The notes beneath the pieces were generated by a model that was not told where the DNA came from, did no database searches, and saw only the letters and a program-made list of their open reading frames with translations. The position numbers were made by a program, and so were the translations under genes. A stretch of 64,000 nt of DNA, taken from Octopus vulgaris. Taxonomy: Eukaryota. The DNA lies in assembly GCA_951406725.2 (NCBI GenBank), contig OX597816.1, forward strand, positions 20,398,001 through 20,462,000. The letters run 5' to 3'. Positions within the stretch are counted from its first letter, which is position 1. Each line of letters starts with the position of its first letter. Below are positions 52,885 to 64,000 of this stretch, one piece after another.

Positions 52885-53278
52885 TTTTATCTTTTGCTTT
52901 TTTCAGTCATTAGACTGTGGCCATGCTGGGGCACCGCCTTGAAGGACTTTTAGTCGAATGTATCAACCCCAGCACTTACTTGTTTTTAAAGCCTGGTAAT
53001 TATTCTATCAGTTTCTTTTGCCGAACCGCGAATTTACGAGGACCGCAACGCAACAACACCGGTTGCGAAGCGGTAATGATGGGATACAAACATAGACACA
53101 AAGACACACATACATAGATGTATATACATGTTTACGATGGGCTTCTTTCAATTTCCGTCTAGGCGTTGGTTGGTCCGAGGTTATAGTAGAAGACACTTGC
53201 ACCATGGTTCCGTGCAGTTGGACTGAACCCGGAACCATGTGTTTGGGAAGCAAGTTTCTTACCACATAACCACGCCCG
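52885..53278 (-). mobile_element. SINE family B, diverged
   Basis: B tail, CA tract and head motifs in order. Confidence 0.75.
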
Positions 53279-53796
53279 CGAGTATTGCATGGTTTTCTTG
53301 CAATGAAATATGAAAATAAGTAATTAATTACAAACACTGAAGGATTAAATATAACAAGTCGTGTTAAGCTGATAAAAGATAAATCAATCCTCGTTTACCA
53401 TGGGGACGTGGTTAAAAAGGATTCTGTGATATAGGAGAATCAGTGATAGATGAAACATCTCTGGGCAATGTAAATGGAATGAATGATAGATTCATCGACA
53501 CCAAACTTACGGCTGACGGCAGTGAAACTTCCACCGTCACTTATTCCCTTTGTTCATCTTTACTTTTTTTCTGTAGAGAAACGTTTACATCGTTTGTTAT
53601 AAGGCGCCTACGTATTTTTTTGTTCGGTTTTCAACATTGACCCATCTTTATGGGTTCGAGCGTTTAAATCTACATAAAAAAAACCGCAGCTTCGCAGCAC
53701 GGTCATGTGGACATAAATGATGTTCGGTTGTCGCAGTCATGCGTTTTTTTTTGTATTTTTTTCTTTTTTGCAATGCAAACAGAATTTTCAACTGAT

Positions 53797-53982
53797 CACT
53801 GACCCGTGCTATTGCAGATCAATCTGTGATAAGCATAACATGGTTCACAATTAATTGTACCTTGTCACTGATCCGTGCTATTGCAGATCAATCTGTGATA
53901 AGCATAACATCGTTCACAATTAATTGTACCGAGTTATTCCGGATCATTGATCACTGAATCAGTGATAAACGAGGCTACGTGT
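53797..53982. repeat. ~69-bp tandem duplication ending in a possible DNA-transposon terminus
   Basis: tcactga(c/t)ccgtgctattgcagatcaatctgtgataagcataacat..ttaattgtacc occurs twice, followed by hairpin atcactgaatcagtgat. Confidence 0.5.
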
Positions 53983-55047
53983 ATTTTAAACTGATTAGGA
54001 TCAAAAACTGAATTTGCTCAACATTTTTTCTAAGCAAGGCCGTCCAACTTTCAACTGCGAGAGAATATAAATTGCACTGGAATTTTAGTACTTCTCATAT
54101 AGGCGTTCCTCTTTTAAAATCAGTGCAAAGGGATCTTAATTGAAGTGAGATTTTCATCGATGTATTGTGAGAAAATATCTAGGAGTACCACTCAAAATCC
54201 CTACCGTTGAAAGGCGGTAGTATTTAAGGGTACTTTCAATATCTATTACTAGTTATTAGGGGAAAGACGTGTTGCCTTTGAAGTAAAAATATCGAAAGTA
54301 CATTAAGAGGAATAATATTTTCAAGAAGCAAATCAACGAATCATACGTACAACCAGCTAAAAAAATTCCAGTAATGATAAGAACTTATTAAACTGAAGGT
54401 AAAATTGGGATTTTAAAACAATTTACATTTCATTTTTGCTGCTCTCATCGTTATTAATTTATAAATGTGCGAGAGGGAAGAAGATAAGCGAATTAAAAAA
54501 AAAAGACAGGAAGAGATAATAGCATAACTGAATTTAGGAATAGAGGTTAATTAAGATAGAAGCAATTAGGTGCATTAAGATGTTGATAAATTCTGCAACT
54601 GCCATCGTTATGAGTGAATTAATGTATAAGGAAATGGTTTGGATTTCATTGTTATATAAAATATTTAATCATCATCCACTGAACTCTAACGACAAACACA
54701 CGTATTTGCATATACAAATATACACATATGGATTACCCCATAACACGTGTCTTTAAAAAGCGTAACTTCGAAAGGTGCTTACACAATACGAAATCTTCCA
54801 TCAAATAGTTTCGTGCTATTCTATCTCTCTAAGATTTTTTTACTGTTGTTTATTACTTTATTTTAAGAAAATCTTGCTCCAAATTTTATGACGGTATTAA
54901 CTACATTTTGCAAATTTTTTTAGGCATATATATTGCATGTGTATCTGTGTAGGTGTGTGTGTGTTATGCGCAGGTGCTTGTACGTATAGGTAGACGGCTG
55001 TATGTATATATCTACGTATGTTTTATACACACACACACACACATATG

Positions 55048-55255
55048 TTGGGTTGGTGCATAATTATTGCAGCTTTATTCAACAAAAACAATAACAACAT
55101 CCGGAGCACATTCACCATCTACTTCAACTACTGCTCCCCATTTGCTTGGCAGACGATCAAACCGTCATTTAAAGATGTTTTTGTTAAATATTGTTATCTC
55201 TTTTGTTGAATAAAATTTGCTGAAAAAAAGCCGCAATAATTATATACCAACCCAA
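55048..55255. mobile_element. mariner-type MITE
   Basis: TIRs ttgggttggtgcataattattgcagcttt / aaagccgcaataattatataccaacccaa followed by TA; internal RLPSKWGAVVEVDGE on the minus strand. Confidence 0.85.
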
Positions 55256-55263
55256 TATATATA

Positions 55264-55284
55264 TTTGTATATGTAGAAGGCAGG

Positions 55285-55319
<35 letters not shown>

Positions 55320-55618
55320 TGAATGTAATTTATGCACGTCCACAAATTAGCACGCATGTCGCTCCAATTTTAGGAGGACATTCGTCATGATCCTAGTTGT
55401 ATTTTTGTCAATTTATTTTTACCAGAGGCAGCAGCGAATAGAAGTAAAAACAAATTTTCAACCAAAACTTTTAACAATTTTCAAGTCGGAGAAATCACCA
55501 TTGGCTGCAAACAGGAGTCAAGTCCTCCTTCTAGCGACGAGTAAGTTTTTTGTTAAGACTTTTGGTTTTATTTATTTTCCCATCGAGGAAAAAAATGTTT
55601 TGTTGATATACGGGCAAA

Positions 55619-55659
<41 letters not shown>

Positions 55660-55724
55660 TGCATGCAAAAAACATGTATGCAATAGGTATACGTACGTAC
55701 GTGTATGTATGTGTGTGTGTGTTG

Positions 55725-55758
<34 letters not shown>

Positions 55759-55882
55759 AACCAATTTCAACGGATTTCGCCCAAATTTGACGTCGATGTT
55801 ACTTATTTTAGTTTGAAATAAAAGAACTTGATTAATTGAATAATCCTGACTTAATCCCGGGAAAAGCCGGGTTATACTGCTA

Positions 55883-55883
<1 letters not shown>
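55264..55883 (+). mobile_element. Non-autonomous Helitron (second family) with internal microsatellites
   Basis: 3' hairpin cccgggaaaagccggg followed by ttatactgCTAG|T; 5' end uncertain. Confidence 0.6.
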
Positions 55884-55938
<55 letters not shown>

Positions 55939-56527
55939 GCATACATATTTATATATATCTTGTAGTCAGGTGGAGATGATCAGAACAAAGATGATAACCG
56001 TTTCCTATGTACGTGTTTGTATATACAGAGAGAAGGGGTAAGGCAAGCATAGCAAAAAGAAAGAGAAAGCGTTAGAGTAAAGTGATCCGCGTCAGGTTCG
56101 GTGATATGCATTGAAATATTCGTTCGACTGAACAACCAGCTCGTTGAATACGTGCATAATCGGTTGATAGTTCGACCAGATATGTATACGCTTAACGAAA
56201 TCGTTTGGGACAATACTCGTGGCACAGTGTTTGTGTACCTGTTTCTGTCTTTGTGTGTGTGAAAAGTTTGTACCTTGCCATTACAAGTATGATACACCCC
56301 AAAAGCTTCCGTACTGTTTTCTTCGAACCAACTTCACTCAACACGTTTGTGTAGAGCGAAAGTTGTGATGAAAATTATGCAGAGGGACCAGACGACATCT
56401 CTCGTGGTTGCGAAACGAGCAACCTTAAACTCTCAACGACGCCCCATCAATATTGAGACGCACTGTAAGGCATGGAGTTGGCAGGATCATTACCGTGCCT
56501 GAGAAAATGCTTAGCGGCATTTCTTCC

Positions 56528-56912
56528 GGCGAGCTGGCATAAAGGTTAGCACGCCGGGCGAAATGCGTAACCGTATTTCGTCTGCCGTTACGTTCTCGGT
56601 TCAAATTCCGCTGAGGTCGACTTTGCCTTTCATCCTTTCGGCGTCGATTAAATAAGTACCAGTTACGCACTGGGGTCGATATAATTGACTTAATCCCTTT
56701 GTCTGTCCTTGTTTATCCCGTCTATGTTTAGCCCCTTGTGGGTAGTAAAAAAATAGGCATTTCTTCCGACTTTACGTTCTGAGTTCAAGAGTCGACTTTG
56801 TCTTTCATTCATCTGGGCCGATAAAATAAGTATCAATTGAACAATGTGATCGATGTAATCGATTTCACCCCATCCCCGAAATTGCTGGCTTAGTGCTGCC
56901 AAATTTTGAAAG
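56528..56912 (+). mobile_element. SINE family C dimer
   Basis: Young tail-1 unit followed by a diverged tail-2 unit; an older head remnant lies just upstream. Confidence 0.8.
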
Positions 56913-58016
56913 CAATATAAATATACAGTGTCCTTTACTATAAACATTATTGACAGTTCATTTCCTCTTAATTAGGAAATAACATCAAGCAAACGGCAAA
57001 AAACTGAAGCTACACTCTTACATCTAATATCCAGACACCCACTCATATTTCACCTTCGACAGCCAGTACATCCACAACTGCCTACAAGCTAATAGATGAT
57101 ACCGTACCTCAGTCTGTACACATTTCAGAAAAGTCTGAAGTCGATGGAGTCACTTTTACCTCCGTTTTCATACGTTCAGTAACGACATCTCTTCTATCAC
57201 TATGAACACGGCAAAAATAATTATCAGCTACACTCGTAAAGGCATTTTAAATTACATATGATTTCTTATAGTTTAATAACTTTATATAGTGTTGTAGTGT
57301 GTGTTGTGTTATATTTTATTATATTATATTCAAAAGTAGTATAGTTACTTGCAACGCTAGCTTCAGTGTAATGAACTTTCGGGATTAACAGACACTCACC
57401 AACCTATGCAATCTGTTTACATTTAATTTAATAGACTCACCTTATTTTCCATTAGTCAGAATAGCTTCCTTCTCAGCCACATAGTTCGAGGTTTAGTCCC
57501 ACAGCGTGGCTCTTCGGCCGCAGGCCGGCCAAACACTTGGGAGTGGATTTGGCAGACAGAAACCGAAATAAGCCCCCCCCCTTACCTACACCGCCGGTGA
57601 CAACTAATCGTAAAATATAGAAAGTTGAATACACACGTGCGAAAAAAATGTGCTTAATTAAACTAGGAAACTCGCACCTAAATAATACTCACCCCACCCT
57701 AATTACCAAACGAAACTAAGCAATCTACCATAAACAAAGCTCTGCCCAGGGAACTTACCAGCGCAAGAACAAAATTGAATGTAAGAATTATCACTTTTGT
57801 TTACATTACCATCACATATGCATCGATTATTTTCGCATCCTAACCGATGCATCTATCTATATTCGCATTCTGAAGATTTTTACTTAAACCAGTAAATTGA
57901 AACGATCGTAAACGCTACCTTCATCTTTGCATCTTCCTTCTTAGTTATCTAATTATTTAAAGACATACCAGCGAAAACCACGAGTTTACCAATGCTATTA
58001 TATCCATTTTCTGCTC

Positions 58017-58068
<52 letters not shown>

Positions 58069-58999
58069 GCATACATATATACATACATATTTACCTATAT
58101 ACATACATATATAGATCTACACATATATTTGTATCATACTATATATCAAAATATGTATATATGTATTCAGACGTGAGCGCGCACACCCATGAAGAAGGTT
58201 GCATAGGTCGATTTGTGAATCAAATATCAGTCTGTCTATAGAAAGTTTTAATGTACCAATTTTAGTTACGTTATAATTATAGTCATTCAAATCTTTTCAC
58301 TTCGCTTTGCTATTCATTTTAACCCTGACTTACTAACATACATACGTCCTGATGATAACTTTTACAGATTTTGAATTACTTAATAAAAGCAAGTAGAGTG
58401 ACGATAATTAAGAAATATTAAATTGCACTAACAACATGTTAATGCAGTCGATAATGAAGGCAATAAAATGGCGACATTAAACACTTGAGTCAAAACTATC
58501 TTTTTTACAAGCGTTATCTACAATTAAGATTTATTTATTGGAGAACTGTGTGACACAAGCATAACTAAGAGACAAAAAATACACCGGAATCTAAACATAG
58601 ATAGTCTATAATACATTGAAATGATTAAAATAATTGTATACGACGTTTCGTCAACATTTTAATCAAAATAATAAGAGAAAAACTTACGCAATTAATCTTT
58701 TTTACTCAAAGTCGTAAAAAATGTTTATGCAATTAACTAGAAAAATATATCAACTAAACAACAAAACGACATCCTAATGAGACAACCAACTGCGCAATAA
58801 TTTAACTGCGTGTATATTTAAAATTGTGTTTGTCACAAGTCTGGAAAATTTTAGCGATTTTAGAATACTCTGAAGTCAAGTGCTTATAAAGTAGTTGTTT
58901 ATTTCATGGCCAGAATATTTATAACCAAAGACATTCTCGCTGTGAGCATTACACCATTTATTCGGACATACTGCAGCTACGACTGCATTTCATAATAAG

Positions 59000-59379
59000 T
59001 GGAAGCACTCCGTCGATTACGACGACGAGGGTTCCGGTTGATCCGATCAACGGAACAGCCTGCTCGTGAAATTAACGTGTAAGTGGCTGAGCACTCCACA
59101 GACACGTGTACCCTTAACGTAGTTATCGGGGATATTCAGCGTGACACAGAGAGTGACAAGGCCGGCCCTTTGAAATACAGGTACAACAGAAACAGGAAGT
59201 AAGAGTGAGAGAAAGTTGTGGTGAAAGAGTACAGCAGGGATCACCACCATCCCTGCCGGAGCCTCGTGGAGCTTTAGGCGTTTTTGCTCAATAAACACTC
59301 ACAACGCCCGGTCTGGGAATCGAAACCGCGATCCTACGACCGCGAGTCCGCTGCCCTAACCACTGGGCCATTGCGCCTC
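59000..59379 (-). mobile_element. SINE family A1, full length with TSD
   Basis: tcataataagt on both flanks; near-identical to 56-415. Confidence 0.9.
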
Positions 59380-59650
59380 TCTCATAATAAGTATTAGAAC
59401 GTGACGCTAGAATATATAAGTTATATAGAATGAATTAAGTAGTTATCAACAATATCTAGGAACAAACGCCTCTGAAATATTAGAGTGAGAACTAATATAT
59501 GGTACAATCCCCCGTATAACATCAGTGATAAAACCAGTGGTCCTTCATTCAAAAGAAATTTTTTCCAAAACGTCCATAAATTTCCATGAATTGTACAACA
59601 AAAATAGCATAAAGTCGGTTATAGTTGTAATAAATATATAATCAAACAGA

Positions 59651-60192
59651 ATTCTTTTCTACTCTAGGCACAAGGCCCGGAAATTTGGGGGAGGGGCTAG
59701 TCAATTAGGTCGACCCCAGTACGCAACTGGTACTTAATTTTTCGACCCGGAAAGGATGAAAGGCAAAGTCGATCTCGACGGAATTTGAACTCAGAACATA
59801 AAGACAGATGAAATACCTATTTCTTTACTACCCACAAGAAGCTGAGTTCAAATTCCGCTGGGGTCGACTTTGCCTTTCATCCTTTCGGGGTCGATAAATA
59901 AAGTACCAGTTTCGCACTGGGGTCGATGTAATCGACTTAATCCCTTTGTCTGTCCTCATTTGTCCCCTCTGTGTGTAGCCCTTTGTGGGCAATGAAGAAA
60001 TATACCCACAAGGAGCTAAACACAGAGAGGACAAACAAGGACAGACAAACGGATTAAGTCGATTATATCGACCCCGAAAGGATGAAAGGTAAAGTCGACC
60101 TCGGCAGAATTTGAACTCAGAACGTAACGGCAGACGAAATACCGTTAAGCATATCGCCAGGCGCGCTAACCATTCTGCCAGCTCGCCGCCTT
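59651..60192 (-). mobile_element. SINE C dimer containing an inverted nested C copy
   Basis: Outer TSD tataatcaaacag; inner plus-strand copy at ~59842-60002 flanked by tacccacaag(a/g)agct. Confidence 0.85.
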
Positions 60193-62102
60193 TATAATCA
60201 AACAGTATTACTACATTAAAATTAAAGATACTGCAAAGAACGACGGACGAAAGAACCAAGCATGCAATTGCTGAAATACAGACCGCTGTACCTCCATCTG
60301 AAAAGGCAAATGCATAAATAAAGGCATTGTATGCCGTACTGTTGTTTCTGGCAATAAAACACCCGCAAACATAATACGAAACACAGAGCCCTTCTCAGGT
60401 AGCCTCTGCCAAGCGCAACAGCACGCGTTCCATCACCGAAACATTAACGTGATAACGCTTTGGAAATATACACAGATTTCAAGTGATAAGCTAGAAACCT
60501 ACTGTTTCGTATGAACACTTATTGATAAAGCACTGGCGCTTAGCAATGTATTGAAGCAACGTGACCTCTTACGAACATGGGAATCTTATATGATTTACAA
60601 CTACACGCCAGTTCTGAACAGGGAAAATGAATTAATATAGACTTGCCAGAACATGACCAAATTTCTTCTTGTAAACTCTAAATGACAGATTCCGAATACA
60701 AGACGAATATCAATTGACTGAAGTGACATATGTATTTTCTACTGGATAGAAAGTGGTACAAGCAAGCTAAGTCGAAATTGATTATTATTTGAATATATAT
60801 ACATATATCGCACAAGTCATTTTCTTGTTTTGAGTCCTACAGATATTAGCTTTAAACCGAGAAAGATATATTTAATGTATGTATACGCACAACATAGTAT
60901 ATATTACCAGATTTAATTTTCTGGTGTTCTTCCATATTAGCTGTTTCGATGTATTTTTTTTTTTTCTCTCTCTAAACATAAATTCATTTCATTTTATCGA
61001 CCTGTTTGATTAGATTCTTTGCACGAAAATGTATTTTCGCTATATTTTCAAGATATTCCTTTTATTGCTATGCATATATAAGTATATTCGTGTCTGTATT
61101 TATGTGTGTATGCATGTATGTATGTATTTATGTATATATGTTCGTGTGTGTGTATGTGCATATGTACCTATATATGTATATATGTATGTGTGTATGTTCA
61201 TATACATTTACCTCAATATTATAAACCATACATAAGTGTGTATATGCATATATGCATGCATTAATATTCAGGGATAAACCGCCACAATTTTAATAACTTG
61301 TGCGCTGAGCTAGAAAAATGATAACAAGCAGTTACGTAAAAAACAGTTTCCAAATTCCCCAATTAAATATATCTTCATTGATATTAAAATCAAATGAAAT
61401 ACAGAATACACGAAGCCTGGTAGCTTAGCCACCTGCGCAAGCTATTTAATTGGCCTTTAATGTTTCCAAGCGAAATTTAATCCCTGTTTTAGTATTACAT
61501 TCGGAAGATTGTCACGGGAGAAAATCAGTCAATATAAAGACTGGGAAATTGGTAAAGCTCATATGCCGTGAAGAATATAAATATGAAATTTCTTTTGGCT
61601 ATTCGTAAGTGGGAGAAAATAGGCCTAAAACTGACGCTTTTCACTAGTGAGACCGTTATGCTTGGGTGGGTGAGGACTAATTGAGATGACTAGAGGATAA
61701 GTCACTATTGAATGAAAGACAAAGTTCAAGCATTTAAACTTTATGAGTGAATTTCATAGGCAGAAACTGGGTAGATATTCTGCGTATACACATATGCGTG
61801 GGGTGGAATAGTATTCACTTTCGCTTGACAACCGATGTTGCATTGTTTATGTCAACGTAACGTAACAGTTACCTGTAATGTCAACACAATTGTATCAGCT
61901 TACAGCACAATAAACATACATAAACATAGAAAAGGCGTATAAATATGCAAAATATGTATACGTTTTATATATCTAAAAGATAGAAATCTGTACAGGCATA
62001 TACAAACTGACATTTTCATATGTATATGTGTGTACCTGTGTGTGTGTATATATGTGTATATTTATATATATTTATATACATCTTTCTCTGTCTGTCTGCC
62101 TG

Positions 62103-62159
<57 letters not shown>

Positions 62160-62294
62160 ATATATATACACACATGCATATAGGTAGTTGGAGAGAGAGC
62201 TCAAGAGGATTATCTGTACATTTTCCTTCCTCTCTCACTCTCTCCCTTTCTCTATCTCTCTCTCCCTATACATATATATATATATATATATATA

Positions 62295-62416
62295 TGGCCT
62301 GCTCGCTTAGCCAGCGGGGTGGCGTCATTTGAAGGGTAAAACAATGCGAAGCGCATTGTGACCAGCGATGTGTAACAGCATCTGATAGCCTGGTCGGTCA
62401 CGGTGATCACGGTGAT
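62295..62416 (+). mobile_element. Short GC-rich repeat fragment in (TA)n, probable retroposon 3' end
   Basis: Ends with the short tandem tcacggtga-tcacggtga; embedded in a TA tract. Confidence 0.4.
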
Positions 62417-62422
62417 ATATAT

Positions 62423-62465
<43 letters not shown>

Positions 62466-62467
<2 letters not shown>

Positions 62468-62697
62468 GGAGTAAGCACATAAATGTGAAACAAGGTGGAA
62501 AAAAGAGTATTCAAATACCAGAGGTAGTAACATGCTTTATTTAAAAGCAGCAGAAATGTAACAAAAGCTGTTACTCGGAGCTTCACGTTCCCGTTCGTCA
62601 GACACAGGTTTTATTTAACAAAAACTTTCTGATGAACGGGAACGTGAAACTGCGAATAACAGCTTTTGTTACATTTCTGCTGCTTTTAAATAAAGTA

Positions 62698-62700
<3 letters not shown>
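62466..62700. mobile_element. Family E fold-back element (diverged subfamily) with HHRs
   Basis: Same left flank as 38164. Plus arm CTGATGA acg-ggaa-cgt GAAA ctgcgaa TA acag at 62629-62662; minus arm CTGACGA..GAAG. Confidence 0.8.
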
Positions 62701-62751
<51 letters not shown>

Positions 62752-62753
<2 letters not shown>

Positions 62754-63012
62754 AGAGAGTAACCACTGTTTGGTCAACTCTAGCACTAAAAATAGATCCG
62801 CTAGGTTTCAGCCACAAAGAAACTTTCATCGGAAACAATTCTTTGTGGCTGAAACCTAGCGGATCTATTTTTAGTGCTAGAGTCGACCACATAATGGTTA
62901 CTCTCTTATATTTATGTATAAAATTTATTGTATTCCTGGTTCTTATGCACTAAGCCACTTGGTGTTAAATGGATGTAGTATTAAATTAGTATCCAATTTT
63001 CTCACCCATTAT
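62752..63012. mobile_element. Fold-back element with degenerate HHR, in (TA)n
   Basis: Arms ~62754-62821 and ~62839-62908. Minus strand CCGATGA a-agtt..ggct GAAAC ctagc..gctag aGTT; plus arm ends GTC. Confidence 0.65.
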
Positions 63013-63032
63013 TAGTTGATTATATATATATA

Positions 63033-63088
<56 letters not shown>

Positions 63089-63149
63089 CTTCACTGATCG
63101 ATGAAACGGTGCCGCTTAAAACTGCTGTAATGCATTGATACCTGGACAT

Positions 63150-63576
63150 CCTTGTTATTTACTTGCTTTTTATTCACCCAACGTCAGCTCACTGCCTTCA
63201 AGTTACGTATTTATAATACCAGCTTCAGTAAGAATAGCAAATTCAGTGAGAATAGCAAAGTACCCGCGCGCACACACACACATATACACATACAAATATA
63301 TGTTAAGCAGATATGGAAAACTGCATCTCTGCATTCCATTTTATCTGGAGATTCCATGACCACCGGAAGGATTTCTGCAATATCGAATGGAGTATCATTG
63401 TCAAAGCTCCTACGTGTTCACCAGGACGTCACAAATGCCAACCATGCCTATGCGAGAAATTACATATATTTCACCAATCCGTAGTATCTATTATCCGGAA
63501 GACTGAACAATCTTATTGTTACCACTGGAGGAACTTCAAATTAGTGGCATCCAATAATCTAGATATGCCACCTTAG
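63150..63576 (+). pseudogene. Penelope-like element GIY-YIG endonuclease C-terminal remnant
   Basis: TAFKLRIYNTSF, then FIWRFHDHRKDFCNIEWSIIVKAPTCSPGRHKCQPCLCEKLHI..CYHWRNFKL, matching the PLE pattern FKxRxxNHxxSF..IWxLK..IxWxI..CxLCLxEK..CxH; frameshifted. Confidence 0.75.
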
Positions 63577-63951
63577 GCATACTCAGGCCCGTGGTACTTA
63601 ACTTCCTGCTACTCATATAGAACACAGCTCCATCGATTCTGACAGTCCACCATCAACTCCGGTTACTTCCACGGAAAAGCTATCGCTGCTCAGCTGCCTA
63701 CCAACATCCTGACCGACATGAACAAAGACGAGATCTGATGTCGCTTCTAAACAATAACACCGCGTAACCTCAGTCGACTAATAGTGACTTAACGCTTACA
63801 AAGCCATCCTGAGTGAGTTAGATTTCCTGTTAATTAATCTCCAGATGCCTAACGAGCCACGTTCGTTCTAGGAGCCTAGGAAGCATTAAGTTGCATGGAA
63901 CGGATTCAAACATTTGTTCAAAAATATATACGCCAATATATATAATATATG

Positions 63952-64000
<49 letters not shown>

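Noticed and set aside
56950-58990. Comparatively unique DNA that might hold host exons
   Set aside because: No ORF of note or convincing splice-bounded coding frame was found by eye; short exons cannot be excluded without RNA-seq.
60270-60600. Possible RTE-like RT remnant (IKALY..TEPF)
   Set aside because: Too decayed to support without a profile search.

Overview
AT-rich eukaryotic non-coding DNA (intergenic or intronic) made almost entirely of repeats. The SINE families and microsatellite load look like an Octopus/cephalopod genome, which is inferred from recall and not checked. No intact host gene is supported, and almost all listed ORFs are microsatellite or antisense-SINE artefacts. The window holds three abundant tRNA-headed SINE families, labelled here A, B and C, plus decayed CR1/L2-, Hero/NeSL- and Penelope-type retroelement fragments, non-autonomous Helitrons, mariner and piggyBac MITEs, and a ~163-bp tandem array. 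The main signal, read by eye, is about a dozen type I hammerhead ribozyme (HHR) motifs from roughly six sequence families. They sit in Penelope-like pLTR fragments, mostly as fold-back palindromes inside (TA)n tracts. They also occur as a 368-nt tandem retrozyme-like unit (31215-31815) and in a tRNA-head + HHR element (family D). Repeat boundaries are approximate, and no folding or database searches were run.
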